From the NCBI GenBank assembly GCA_050250895.1, contig JBFWNU010000003.1:192001-256000 (forward strand): a DNA stretch of 64,000 nt. The letters run 5' to 3'. The translations under genes were made by a program, and so were the position numbers. Every line of letters begins with the position of its first letter. Position 1 is the first letter of the stretch. Below are positions 9,818 through 19,665 of this stretch, piece by piece. This DNA comes from Vulcanimicrobiota bacterium. GTDB taxonomy: Bacteria > Vulcanimicrobiota > Xenobia > Xenobiales > JADMJV01. The notes under the pieces were generated by a model that ran no database searches, was not told the origin of the DNA, and worked only from the letters and a program-made list of their open reading frames with translations.

Positions 9818-10302
9818 GGTGGCTCATCTGTATTCTCTTGGCGCTGGCCGCGCCGGGTTGGGCCCAACTGCGCGACCTGGACGGAGCGACCCATTCGGTG
9901 GCCGGGCTGGCCGCCGGGCAGAAAGCCACGGTGTTGGTGGTGTGGTGCAGTCGCTGTCACAGCTGCCGGGGCGTCGAGAACGATCTGGCCGCCTTCTCGC
10001 GCGACGGAGTCAGGCTGTTTGCGGTCGACCCGCATCCAGCCGACGACGCCCAGCGAGTGCGCTCGTTTCTGGCCGAGCAGGGCCTGAGTCTCGAGGTCTT
10101 GCTCGACTCTGACCAGAGCTTTCTGCGCCAGTATCAGATCGACCGCACCACCACCGCCCTGGTCTTCGACCAGACTGGAAAGCTTCGCTACTTCGGCCCC
10201 TTCCAAGACTATGCGGCGGAAGCCGTCGACGAGGTCCTGGGCGGGCAAGAGGTTACGGTGTCGACTCGTCCATTGCAGGGGTGCCCGATTCCTCGCCCTT
10301 AG
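9814..10302 (+). CDS. Exported thioredoxin-fold redoxin, copy 2
   Basis: Same translation as 4080..4568. Confidence 0.8.
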   Translation: MRWLICILLALAAPGWAQLRDLDGATHSVAGLAAGQKATVLVVWCSRCHSCRGVENDLAAFSRDGVRLFAVDPHPADDAQRVRSFLAEQGLSLEVLLDSDQSFLRQYQIDRTTTALVFDQTGKLRYFGPFQDYAAEAVDEVLGGQEVTVSTRPLQGCPIPRP

Positions 10303-10378
10303 GATAAGTGGACCCATTCGGGCCATTTCTAGGGCCATGCGCAGGAACCCCTCCGGACTGCGGGAAGAACGGTATTCG

Positions 10379-11539
10379 ATGAACTTCGTTTATCTGTCCC
10401 CCCATTTTCCCCCGAATTACCAGGCCTTTTGTATCGAGCTGCGTTTGCAGGGGGCGAATGTGCTGGGTCTGGCCGAGGCTCCGTATGATTCTCTCTCGCC
10501 CCGTTTGCGCAACGTCTTGACCGAGTATTATCGGGTCGACGACATGCACGACTATGATCAGCTGGTGCGGGCGTTGGGCTATTTCACGCACCAGTACGGC
10601 AAAATCGACCGGCTCGAATCGCACGCCGAGTACTGGCTCGAGACCGAGGCCAGGCTGCGCACCGACTTCAACATCACCGGTCTGCGCGCCCACGACCTGC
10701 CCACCATGAAGCGCAAGTCGCTGATGAAGCAGAAGTTCATCGAGGCCGGCGTCGAGGTGGTTCGCGGCGAGGTCGCCCGCGATCGCAATCACGCCCTCAA
10801 GATCGCTAAGAAGCTGGGCTTTCCGCTGGTGGCCAAGCCCGACATCGGGGTGGGAGCGGCCGGAACTTTTCGTTTCGACGATGCCGACGCTTTGAGCGCG
10901 TTCTACGAGCAGAGCCATCCTCACGACTACATCCTCGAGCAATACATCGACGGCGTGTTGACCAGCTTCGATGGCCTGGTCGACCGCGATGGCAAGCCGG
11001 TGTTGCTGGCCTCGCACGTGTTCTCGGACGGAATCATGGACGTGGTCAGCCAGGACCTCGACATGTTTTACTACTCCGAGCGCGAGCTGCCCCAGGACCT
11101 CGAGCAGGCCGGCCGGGCGGTGCTGGCCGCCTATGGCCTGACCGAACGATTCTTCCATTTCGAGTTCATCCGTCGCCACAGCGACCAGAAGCTGGTCGGC
11201 CTCGAGGTCAACATGCGCCCGCCGGGAGGGTTGACCACCGACATGTTCAACTTCGCCAACGACATCGATATCTATCGCCAGTGGGCCCGAGTGGTAGTGG
11301 GCAAGTCGTTCGAACCCGATCCGGCCCGGCCGTTTCATTGCTGCTACATCGGTCGCAAGGACAACCGCACCTACCGCCACGACCACGATCAGGTGTTGGC
11401 CCGGGCGGGCGACTTGCTGTGCCACGAGGAGCGGGTCCAATCGGTCTTTCGGGGGGCCATCGGGGATCACGGCTATCTGCTACGTTCACCCCAATTGAAC
11501 GACTTGCTAGAGGTAGCCAACTACGCTTTGGAGAGCTAG
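10379..11539 (+). CDS. ATP-grasp domain protein, copy 2
   Basis: Same translation as 4645..5805. Confidence 0.85.
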   Translation: MNFVYLSPHFPPNYQAFCIELRLQGANVLGLAEAPYDSLSPRLRNVLTEYYRVDDMHDYDQLVRALGYFTHQYGKIDRLESHAEYWLETEARLRTDFNITGLRAHDLPTMKRKSLMKQKFIEAGVEVVRGEVARDRNHALKIAKKLGFPLVAKPDIGVGAAGTFRFDDADALSAFYEQSHPHDYILEQYIDGVLTSFDGLVDRDGKPVLLASHVFSDGIMDVVSQDLDMFYYSERELPQDLEQAGRAVLAAYGLTERFFHFEFIRRHSDQKLVGLEVNMRPPGGLTTDMFNFANDIDIYRQWARVVVGKSFEPDPARPFHCCYIGRKDNRTYRHDHDQVLARAGDLLCHEERVQSVFRGAIGDHGYLLRSPQLNDLLEVANYALES

Positions 11540-12271
11540 ATGTACGAAACCCATCGCTGGTGGAGCCCCCACCTGGGGCAAGACATGGAATTTCGGGTCT
11601 ACGGCCATGCTGGCAAGCCCGCCATCGTCTTCCCTTCGCAAGAGGGGCGTTTCTTCGAGTATCACGACTTCGGCATGGTCGAGGCGGTCAAGCCGTGGCT
11701 CGACCAGGGCCGGTTGCGCCTGGTCACGGTCGATGGCATCGACGGCCAGAGCTGGCTTAACAACGACATTCATCCTCACCATCGCGCTTTGCGGGCTCAC
11801 GCTTACGACGCCTACATCATGAACGAGATCGTGCCGTTCGTCGAAGCCATGGCTCCCGATCAGGGCATCATGCTCACGGGTTGCTCGATGGGTGGTTACC
11901 ACTCGGCCAACGTCTTTTTCCGCCACCCCGGCCGCTTCGACACTTTGATCGCCATCAGCGGAGTCTATCGGCTGATGCTGTTCATTGGCGACTACATGGA
12001 CGAGGAGGTCTACTTCCACGTGCCCCTGGCCTACCTGCCCAACCTGCACGACCCGGCGGCGCTCGAGGCTATGCGCCGAGCCCGCATCGTGGTGGTGGTG
12101 GGTCAGGGAGCCTGGGAGCACGACATGGTCCACGACACCCGCGCCCTCGAGCAGATCCTCCAGTCCAAGAACGTCCCGGCCCGCTTTGACTATTGGGGCC
12201 ACGATGTCGACCACGACTGGCCCTGGTGGCGCAAGATGATGCCCCACTTCCTGACCGAACTGGGCATCTAA
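11540..12271 (+). CDS. Putative esterase, copy 2
   Basis: Same translation as 5806..6537. Confidence 0.85.
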   Translation: MYETHRWWSPHLGQDMEFRVYGHAGKPAIVFPSQEGRFFEYHDFGMVEAVKPWLDQGRLRLVTVDGIDGQSWLNNDIHPHHRALRAHAYDAYIMNEIVPFVEAMAPDQGIMLTGCSMGGYHSANVFFRHPGRFDTLIAISGVYRLMLFIGDYMDEEVYFHVPLAYLPNLHDPAALEAMRRARIVVVVGQGAWEHDMVHDTRALEQILQSKNVPARFDYWGHDVDHDWPWWRKMMPHFLTELGI

Positions 12272-12276
12272 CCCTG

Positions 12277-12297
12277 AGCGGCCTCTCTGGCCGCTTT
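12277..12297 (+). terminator. Hairpin after esterase (copy 2)
   Basis: Same as 6543..6563. Confidence 0.4.
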
Positions 12298-12442
12298 CAA
12301 CCTCGGCATGAGGCTGGGGTGTAAAGTACCGAGCTTCGGGTTCTGCCCGTGGCGCGGACGAGGTGGGACCGCAAACCATTGTCAATTTGCCTCTTTGGAT
12401 ATCAAGAAGATGTCATGTGAGGAGCGGTTTGTCCACTTCGGA

Positions 12443-12997
12443 TTATTTGAAGGGCAATTGGATGCTGGTCGTGGTTTGCGACGTCTGGTCGCGGCTCTGG
12501 CCCGAAGCTCCGCGGATGGTGGTGCTGCCTTCGATGGTGGCGGTCACCACCGTGTCGGACAGGCGGTCGACCTCGAAGCTGCTGATTTGCCGTCCCAGGA
12601 TTCGCTGGGGCGCGGCGCCATAGACACTTTCCAGCACCAGCGTCTCGGGGCCGGCCACCTGACGGATGCGAAAGAGTTCATAAACGGGGCTGCGCGGATC
12701 GAAGGGAGTGGCCGGGTCCATCAGCTCGGCCGGGGCACAGAAGATGACCTCAGAAGCGGTAGCGCCTACTCCAGGAGCATAGATCGCGGTCTGGATTTCG
12801 CTGGGGGCGACCGCCGAGCGCAAGATCAGGCTGCTGCGTTTGGTGGCTTCGCGCAATTGGATCTCCATCTCGACTCGCTGCGTGCCCTGATGGCTGGAAG
12901 CGATGAAGCCTCTGAGGGCAAAGGCGAACATGGCTCCGATGATGCTCAAGAGAGCGACCGACACCAGCAGTTCAGCGATGGTAAAGCCTCGCCTCAT
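12443..12997 (-). CDS. Type IV pilin/pseudopilin, copy 2
   Basis: Same translation as 6709..7263. Confidence 0.8.
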   Translation of the reverse strand: MRRGFTIAELLVSVALLSIIGAMFAFALRGFIASSHQGTQRVEMEIQLREATKRSSLILRSAVAPSEIQTAIYAPGVGATASEVIFCAPAELMDPATPFDPRSPVYELFRIRQVAGPETLVLESVYGAAPQRILGRQISSFEVDRLSDTVVTATIEGSTTIRGASGQSRDQTSQTTTSIQLPFK

Positions 12998-13416
12998 GGA
13001 GCCCGATGCAATCCTTTGAGAGTCACCCCGTGCTCGACGCCTTTACTTTCCCAATAGAGATTGACCGTGACTTCGAAGAGAAGATAGCCGTAGTTGGCGG
13101 GATTGGTGTCCTGTCGAACCATCTGGAGGTTGCGGGTGTAGCCGGTGCCGGCCGGAAAATTGGCCGTGAAGGGAGCGGCCTCGAGGGCCACGCGAGCGTT
13201 GATGGGGTCATTGATAGGAGCCACCTCGGGAAGGTTGCCGACCCGAACCAGATCGAGCACCTGTCGCGCCACACCCAGGGCTTCATCGGTCTTGGCCGCC
13301 TGCTGGGCGCCGCGAAAAGCCGAGATGATCACTCCCAGCAAAGCCAGCAGCACCAGGCCAAGCACGGCCACGGCCACGATGGTTTCGAGCAGACTCAGGC
13401 CACGCGGCGATTTCAC
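12994..13416 (-). CDS. Type IV pilin/pseudopilin, copy 2
   Basis: Same as 7260..7682. Confidence 0.8.
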   Translation of the reverse strand: MKSPRGLSLLETIVAVAVLGLVLLALLGVIISAFRGAQQAAKTDEALGVARQVLDLVRVGNLPEVAPINDPINARVALEAAPFTANFPAGTGYTRNLQMVRQDTNPANYGYLLFEVTVNLYWESKGVEHGVTLKGLHRAP

Positions 13417-14951
13417 AGCGGCGCCTCGTGCCAATAGCGGATACTGAGGTCGCTGCCGGCCGTGGTGGGAAAGCGCGGCGGCGGTTCGTTAGCTAGCGTC
13501 GCATCATAGATGATGTTGGGCGTGCCGTAGCCGTTCAGGCCACCCATGCCGGCCAGGGTGGTCCCGTCCGCCGGATTGAACAGGTTGTAGTCGGGAGTGT
13601 GTCCGCTCGAGATGCCGCCATAGATGGCCATGCGTCCCGGGGCGCTGGTGGTGGCATTCTGCACCGAAAGCCGGTCGCGGGCCATGATGGTGGCATAGAG
13701 CGAGAGAGGATCGGTCGAGTTGCGAGGGATGAGAGCGGTGTTGCCGGTGATCTCGACCCGATTGGCCACGATGCCGAGTCGATCGCTGGTCGAGGTGGGC
13801 TTGCTGCCATCCGGGGTGTCGGCGCGCAAGATGTCGCCGGTGATGACGATGTTCTTCAGAGCGGCGTGGTCGACCGCCACCGTGTGGGCGTTCTTGTTGG
13901 TGCCCGAGAAGCTGGCGATGTTGCCGTTAGAGAAGATGACTCCGGTGCCCATCCCGGGCACGGTGACAGGCGCACCAGAAGGCGGAGTGACGATGCGCGT
14001 GCTCGAGACGGAGTCCTCTTCGACGGTGGTCGTCTGACCGGCCTGAACGATGGTGAGGACGAAGTTGCCCGAGCCGTTCACGTTCATGGTCATGGCATCG
14101 ACATCGCCATCGATAAAGACTCCGCCGGCGGGGTTGACGGTCACACCGGCGGGAGGGGCCGGAGGCGGGTTGCCGCCCCAGGCGGCCGAGGCCTGGGCGA
14201 TGGCGCTGGTGGGCATGGGAATGGGAGCAACGCCTGCTTGCACCTCGCTGAGGCCGCCGGTCACCAGGCGGTCGTACCCGTCCCCGTACGAATACGGCGC
14301 GTTGGAACTCGAGTAGTAGTGGATGCCATCGGGGCTGCTGGCATCTACGCCTGAGCTGGTGATCCGCCCATCGATGGCCGGTGTCGCCGGAGCAGGCCCG
14401 GTGAAATAGCTCTGACTGATGTACATCCGCAACACGCCGTTGTGATGAACCGGGCCCTCGCTCTTCCAGCCCTGGCCGATGACGACATCCCAAAGCCCGC
14501 CCGAGGACAGGTCGGTGAATTCTCCGAACTCGGCGAAGCTCTGGCCGGCCTGGACCCAGGCCACGATCTGCCAGCGATCGCCGCCATCGCGCGAGGCCCG
14601 CGAGGTCAGGCGATAGAGACGAATGGTGTCGATGCCGTTGGGTGGCGTTTGGGGGTCGGCCTCGATCTGGCAAGACCAGTCCCAGTTGCCCAGGCTGCCG
14701 GTGCGCACCGGCGAGGGCGTGACCGTGTTGCACGGTTCGCCAGCGTTGGCCAGGGTGTGAGCGATCCAGGCCATCGAATCGCGCACGCCCGCATCGGCGG
14801 CCAGCGACGCCTCGGTGTCGATGCGATTCTTGGTGGCCGCCGCCAGGTCGGTGGGCACCACCAGCATGAAGCCCGCGGCCAGGCCCGTCAACAGGAGAAC
14901 TCCCAGCAGCGCCACCATCATCGCGGCGCCTCGTCGTGAAATTGATACCAC
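13413..14951 (-). CDS. PilX-like protein, copy 2 (native upstream context)
   Basis: Same as 7679..9217. Confidence 0.75.
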   Translation of the reverse strand: MVSISRRGAAMMVALLGVLLLTGLAAGFMLVVPTDLAAATKNRIDTEASLAADAGVRDSMAWIAHTLANAGEPCNTVTPSPVRTGSLGNWDWSCQIEADPQTPPNGIDTIRLYRLTSRASRDGGDRWQIVAWVQAGQSFAEFGEFTDLSSGGLWDVVIGQGWKSEGPVHHNGVLRMYISQSYFTGPAPATPAIDGRITSSGVDASSPDGIHYYSSSNAPYSYGDGYDRLVTGGLSEVQAGVAPIPMPTSAIAQASAAWGGNPPPAPPAGVTVNPAGGVFIDGDVDAMTMNVNGSGNFVLTIVQAGQTTTVEEDSVSSTRIVTPPSGAPVTVPGMGTGVIFSNGNIASFSGTNKNAHTVAVDHAALKNIVITGDILRADTPDGSKPTSTSDRLGIVANRVEITGNTALIPRNSTDPLSLYATIMARDRLSVQNATTSAPGRMAIYGGISSGHTPDYNLFNPADGTTLAGMGGLNGYGTPNIIYDATLANEPPPRFPTTAGSDLSIRYWHEAPL

Positions 14952-14957
14952 CTGGGA

Positions 14958-14966
14958 ACTATAGCA
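14958..14966 (-). promoter_or_regulatory. Extended -10 of pilin operon, copy 2
   Basis: TGCTATAGT 6 nt before GTG 14951. Confidence 0.5.
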
Positions 14967-15007
14967 CATTCTCACGGTAGATGTCGGGGTCGTGAGCGAG
15001 AAGTGTC

Positions 15008-16966
15008 TCAGCGCAGACTTCGCTCCAGGTCGCGGCGGGGGATGAAGTCGACCACCTCGAGCTGTCCCTGCTCGAGCATGGGGCGCACCAACAAGCGGTG
15101 GTTGCGTCCGATTCTGAGCGAGCGCAAATCCGGCCGCAGCTTGAGACTCTTCATCTGGCTCAAGACCGACACCGAACCGGCACATAGCTCGCCCAGTCTC
15201 ATCAGGGCTTTGCGGCGCAGCTCCTCGTCGCAGCTTTGAAAGGCCTTCATTCCCCGAGGACTAAACAGCGGCAGTAGAGGTGGCCAGCTGATCGCTGGCG
15301 CGTCCTCTTCCAGCGAGTCCTCGACGGCACGAGCTACGGCGGGATCGGGTGAGGGCTGAGAGCTTGCCACCACTCTCGCTTGTTCACGCAATCTCTTCCT
15401 CTCGGCGTTGCCCTCATGAAGCAAGCCTTTCAACTCCCTGACCCGCTCGCGCAGACGAATTGCTTCGGGGTCGTCTATCACCCGGGTAACTACTTCTGGC
15501 TGGCGGGCTAATTCTCGCTCGAGTTGCTTTTGTTTTGCGGCCAGCTCCGCTCGAAGTTTCTGGGCTGCTTGTTTAGCTTGGGCTAACTCCGCTTGCAGCT
15601 GTTCGGTCGCGCGCGCCTGCTCTTCCGAGTGGGAATCATCTTCTTGGACTGTCTCTAGCCCTCGGTCCAGCTGGGCGTCAAGGATGTCTTCGGCCAGGTC
15701 CCCAGGCGGTAAATTCAAACGGTCACGAGCCATCTCGATCTGATCTACCAGTCCGATAGAGTCGAGATCTCTCCCCATAATCAGGCCCCGGGCCAAGAGG
15801 ATGCCGAGGGCTGGATATTTCTTGAGGATGACGTAGGTCAGATCGACCAGATCAGGCGTGTAGTCGCGAGCCAGAAGCTCGCCCAGCAGCTGCTCCAACT
15901 TGTCGAGGATGGGGGAATCGGTCTCGACCATCTCGAGTTCGAAGAGCTGGTCGGGCAAGACCTCGTCGCACTTTTCCATCTGGATTCGGGCCCGCTCGTA
16001 TTCCCCGGCCCGCAACAGCTGATCGACGAAGTCGAGACGGTGCCCAGGGTCACTCATGGGGCGTTCCAGGAACTCTTCGAGCGCCTGCTCAGCCGCCTCC
16101 CAGAGTCGATGGTCTTGCAGTCTGTGCCATACGAGCAGTAGCTGATGGTCGTCTTCAATCCTGGTAAAGTCGAGCTTGCAAAGCTCTCGAATCGGCAGGT
16201 CCGCCAGGTCGTGCGAGTCCAATAGGGCGGGGTCATTGCTCGGGATCATGCTGGTTGCGGAGGCCTCGTCCTCGTCGAGACAGCATTTCTTGTATTTCTT
16301 GCCACTTCCACAGTGGCACGGGTCGTTACGGCCGACCTTCTTGGTGCTGCGCCGCACGGTGAAGCCGCTGGCGATTCTCATCAGCCGTTGCGGAAGCCGG
16401 TCCAGCACCGACTGGTGGAGAGGCTCGAGCAGCCGTCGGCCAAACCGCTCCGCCTGGGCCGAGCCGACCAGCCCGACCCAGCGCGAGGCAACTTCGTTTA
16501 GATGTTCGTCGTCGAGCCGCCGGGCGGCGATGCCGATGACCATGCCTGCCTCCATCGCCAGCGGCTTGCGACTGAGTTGTCGCAGCAGTTGTACGAGACG
16601 CCTGGGAGGAGACGGCCCCTCTAGAAGCTCCGTGCAAATCAAGAGGCAAAGGGCCTCTCTCTCGTGGCTCAGAGTGCCTCCCTCGACGGCGTCGAGCAAA
16701 GCCTCCAGTTTGTTGCCGTCGGTGCAACCCAGAATGTTGAAGATGCTCTGTGGCTCTTCGAGGAAGGTGAGCCCGGGCACTACCAGCGAGACATCGAGCC
16801 GATGACCGGCCTGGGCGGCGGCCATCACTAGCGCTTCGACCGATTCCCCCCGGTCGATCAGCGCCTTGACCAGGGGCTCGAGCGGGCCCTCGAGGGCCTG
16901 GGCCAGGTTTTCAATTTCTGGCCTGGTGAGTGCGGTGGACCTGATTTTCTCTAATAGAGGCTCCAT
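15008..16966 (-). CDS. SEC-C metal-binding motif protein with coiled coil and RelE/ParE-like C-terminal domain
   Basis: KVGRNDPCHCGSGKKYKKCC (SEC-C); Q/E/A coiled coil; C-terminal MKSLKLRPDLRSLRIGRNHRLLV...LEVVDFIPRRDL. Confidence 0.75.
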   Translation of the reverse strand: MEPLLEKIRSTALTRPEIENLAQALEGPLEPLVKALIDRGESVEALVMAAAQAGHRLDVSLVVPGLTFLEEPQSIFNILGCTDGNKLEALLDAVEGGTLSHEREALCLLICTELLEGPSPPRRLVQLLRQLSRKPLAMEAGMVIGIAARRLDDEHLNEVASRWVGLVGSAQAERFGRRLLEPLHQSVLDRLPQRLMRIASGFTVRRSTKKVGRNDPCHCGSGKKYKKCCLDEDEASATSMIPSNDPALLDSHDLADLPIRELCKLDFTRIEDDHQLLLVWHRLQDHRLWEAAEQALEEFLERPMSDPGHRLDFVDQLLRAGEYERARIQMEKCDEVLPDQLFELEMVETDSPILDKLEQLLGELLARDYTPDLVDLTYVILKKYPALGILLARGLIMGRDLDSIGLVDQIEMARDRLNLPPGDLAEDILDAQLDRGLETVQEDDSHSEEQARATEQLQAELAQAKQAAQKLRAELAAKQKQLERELARQPEVVTRVIDDPEAIRLRERVRELKGLLHEGNAERKRLREQARVVASSQPSPDPAVARAVEDSLEEDAPAISWPPLLPLFSPRGMKAFQSCDEELRRKALMRLGELCAGSVSVLSQMKSLKLRPDLRSLRIGRNHRLLVRPMLEQGQLEVVDFIPRRDLERSLR

Positions 16967-16972
16967 CTGACG

Positions 16973-17674
16973 TTATTCCTTCAGGTTCGTCTTTTCTTGG
17001 GCGGGCGGACCCGGCACTCGCGGCCGAGGCAACCCGCGCAGCGTGGTCGCCCCCCGATTGGGCGGCGCCACCCACTTTCCCTTGCGAAAGACGTTCCACA
17101 GGCCCCCGGGAGTGTTCTGGCCTTCGGTTGCGGGTTCCGTCGGGTTCGAAAAGAGGCGGCCGTCGACATCGGGGAATTGGCCGGGAAAGTAGACGAAGTC
17201 GGGGCTGGCGATGACGGTGACCTGGAACCGCTGGCTAAAGGCGCGCCCGATGCCTTCAGCCATCGATGGATCGACCAGCCCGCTATGGTCATACCAGCCG
17301 GTCTGGCAGCCATAGAAAAAGACCATCGCCTCGGGGTGGAGCGCGCGCTCGAAGTTGGGCAACCAGTCTGGGTCAGGCTGTTGGCCCGACTTGTCGGTCA
17401 GGCGCCACTGGTCGTTGCGATACCAGAGCACGTTCTCGAGGTGCCCATCGGCAAACTCGTCAATGCTCTGGTAGAGTCGGCTGCCGTCGCCCGAGAACTC
17501 GAGCAACCGAATCGAGGCCGGCTCGGCGGTCTTGAGAAAGGCGACGAACTCGGTGGTGGTCTCGAACACCAGACTGCCGTTGACGCGCAGTCCGCTATCG
17601 GCGGCCAGAGCCGGGGCGAGCAGGCCCAGCAGAAGCACTACCAGCCAATTCAGGGAACGCGCACTCAGAATCAT
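16973..17674 (-). CDS. Secreted hypothetical protein
   Basis: Signal peptide ending in ALA; FFYGCQTG is weakly reminiscent of DUF4347-type domains. Confidence 0.6.
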   Translation of the reverse strand: MILSARSLNWLVVLLLGLLAPALAADSGLRVNGSLVFETTTEFVAFLKTAEPASIRLLEFSGDGSRLYQSIDEFADGHLENVLWYRNDQWRLTDKSGQQPDPDWLPNFERALHPEAMVFFYGCQTGWYDHSGLVDPSMAEGIGRAFSQRFQVTVIASPDFVYFPGQFPDVDGRLFSNPTEPATEGQNTPGGLWNVFRKGKWVAPPNRGATTLRGLPRPRVPGPPAQEKTNLKE

Positions 17675-17737
17675 CGCCCTTTGGTGTAGCGCGGCCGAGC
17701 GTGGAAGCTCACTGCGTAGCCTCCGATCAACAGGTAG

Positions 17738-17983
17738 TCAACCTTTTCTTGGGCGAATACCGATAGGAGAGCCTTGAAGTCTTGGTGCAGGTTCATCTCC
17801 TCTCTTGAGGCTCCAAGCCTCCATGGCCATCTCCCAGACGGCATCAAATCGAGCCGAGGGTGAGGCTGATCGCCAGAACTTCAGGTCCTCGTCGAGTAGC
17901 GCGGAGTGAGTCTGGACCCTGGCTCCCCGCCACGCCTGCCGGCGATGGGCTGCCCGCTCTTCGAAACCCGATTGCATACTCAT
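17738..17983 (-). CDS. Small hypothetical protein, possibly antitoxin-like
   Basis: 81 aa, DLKFWRSASPSARFDAVWEM; co-oriented in the minus-strand gene run. Confidence 0.5.
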   Translation of the reverse strand: MSMQSGFEERAAHRRQAWRGARVQTHSALLDEDLKFWRSASPSARFDAVWEMAMEAWSLKRGDEPAPRLQGSPIGIRPRKG

Positions 17984-18023
17984 CTGGTTCGACGAGAGCC
18001 ACCGGAAACCTGGGGCCCTCTCA

Positions 18024-18626
18024 TCACAGCAGACCCATGGCCAGGGCCCGGGTCACCACCTGGGTGCGATTGTCGGCTTCCAGCTTGGTCATCAGCGAAG
18101 ACACGTGGAACTTGATGGTGCGTTCGACCACCGAGAGGCGGGCTGCGATCTCTTTGTTAGAGAGCCCTTCGGCCAGAAGGTCGAGCACCTCACGCTCGCG
18201 CAGCGACAGGCTCGGTCCTCGGGCCAGGCGGGTGGCCACCCGACCGGCCAGGCGCGAGTCGAGAAAGCTGTCTCCCTGGGCCACCGCCCGCACGGCGGCC
18301 ACAATTTCGGCGCTGGCCACACCTTTGAGCAGATAGCCGCGAGCGCCGGCGCGCAAAGCTTCGAGAATCTCGTGGTCGCGGTCGTAGGCGGTCAGAATGA
18401 CCACCCCGGCTCGCTCGGCAAATTCGGGCACGACCGACAAACCCGAGCCGTCGGGCAACTCCAGGTCGAGCAACACCACCGCGGGACGAGCCTGGTCAAA
18501 GCGCAGGCGAGCCTCGGCCAGCGAGGCCACTCCGGCCACCACCTCGAGGTCGGCTTGATCACCCAGCACGGTGGCCAATCCATCGCGCACGATGGGATGG
18601 TCGTCGACCAGCATCACCCGAATCAC
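18024..18626 (-). CDS. NarL/LuxR-family response regulator
   Basis: IRVMLVDDHPIVRDGL, LLDLELPDGSG; HTH LSLREREVL...GLSNKEIA...TIKFHVS. Confidence 0.93.
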   Translation of the reverse strand: MIRVMLVDDHPIVRDGLATVLGDQADLEVVAGVASLAEARLRFDQARPAVVLLDLELPDGSGLSVVPEFAERAGVVILTAYDRDHEILEALRAGARGYLLKGVASAEIVAAVRAVAQGDSFLDSRLAGRVATRLARGPSLSLREREVLDLLAEGLSNKEIAARLSVVERTIKFHVSSLMTKLEADNRTQVVTRALAMGLL

Positions 18627-19663
18627 AGCCTCACCACCACCCGGGTTCCGTTTTGACGGCGGATTTCGAGGCTGCCGCCGAGCAATCGGGCCCGTTCACT
18701 CATCCCGATCAAGCCATAGCGACCCGGCTCGACCTGATCCAGGTCAAAGCCCCGGCCGTTGTCGGTGATCTCGAGGCCGTTGGGAGCCAGGCGAAGTTGC
18801 ACCCGGGTGGCCCCGGCGTGGCGCTCGACATTGACCAGAGCCTCGCCAGCGATGGCCAGCAACTCTTGCTCTTGCTGGGGGCTCCAACCGGCCGCCTGGC
18901 ACTCGAGATCCACCGGAATGCCGGTGCGGTGGGTGAAGGCGCGGGCCAGAGTGGCCAGGGCCTCGGGCAGGGGAAGCTCGCCGCGCAGGTTGGTCATCGA
19001 CTGGCGGGCGCGCTCGAGACCGCGGCGAGTCTGCTGTAGGGCTCGCTCGGTGCGCTCGCGAGCAAGTTCGGGGCGGGCCAGAGCCGACTCGAGTCCCAGG
19101 GCGATGGCGGTCAGGTCTTGCACCAGGCCGTCGTGCATCTCGCGAGCCAGGCGGGTGCGCTCGGTCTCGCGGGCGAGTCGCCGCTCGTCTTCGGCCAGGC
19201 GGGCCCGCTCGACCGCCACCCCCATCTGATGGGCGGCCACGGCCAGCAGGCTCAACTGGTGCTCATCCAGGTGGCGCCAGTCGCAGCTGGCGATGTTGAG
19301 CACACCGAGCTTGCGCCCGGCGAAGGCGAGCGTGAGCGAGGCATGGTGGCCGGCCGGCTCACCGGCCGCGGCCAGGCGGCTGCAGGGAATGACCTGGCCC
19401 CGGCTTGACAACTCGCCTTGCCGGTAGGCGTCGAGACAGCGGCAGCTCTTGCCGACCATGCGCACCGGCTCGCGCAACACTTCGGGCAGGCGGTGGGAGG
19501 CAGCCAGAAAGAAGCCGTCGCCTTCGGTCAGCCACACCCAGCCGGCCTCGAGCCCCAGCAGGTCGGCGGTTAGCGCCAGTGCGTCGGTCAGGGCTCGAGA
19601 GAGGTCGGGAGTGCGATTGAGCACTTCGGCGATCTGTTCGAGCAACTCGAGCTCTCGGGCCAT
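18623..19663 (-). CDS. GAF-domain sensor histidine kinase (HisKA_3 type)
   Basis: ERTRLAREMHDGLVQ, EALVNVERHA, ITDNGRGFD, YGLIGMSERA. Confidence 0.9.
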   Translation of the reverse strand: MARELELLEQIAEVLNRTPDLSRALTDALALTADLLGLEAGWVWLTEGDGFFLAASHRLPEVLREPVRMVGKSCRCLDAYRQGELSSRGQVIPCSRLAAAGEPAGHHASLTLAFAGRKLGVLNIASCDWRHLDEHQLSLLAVAAHQMGVAVERARLAEDERRLARETERTRLAREMHDGLVQDLTAIALGLESALARPELARERTERALQQTRRGLERARQSMTNLRGELPLPEALATLARAFTHRTGIPVDLECQAAGWSPQQEQELLAIAGEALVNVERHAGATRVQLRLAPNGLEITDNGRGFDLDQVEPGRYGLIGMSERARLLGGSLEIRRQNGTRVVVRL

Positions 19664-19665
19664 GG

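Larger units (their letters stand above)
3504..14971. repeat. Head-to-tail tandem duplication, unit 5734 bp (3504..9237 and 9238..14971)
   Basis: ORFs recur identically at +5734 (4080/9814, 5806/11540, 6709/12443). Junction ...CACATTC|GTGCGAC... at 9237/9238. Identity stops at 3503 vs 9237 and at 9238 vs 14972. Confidence 0.97.

Noticed and set aside
3504-14971. Prophage, IS or integrative element as cause of the duplication
   Set aside because: No integrase, transposase, att-like direct repeat or tRNA in or beside the unit.
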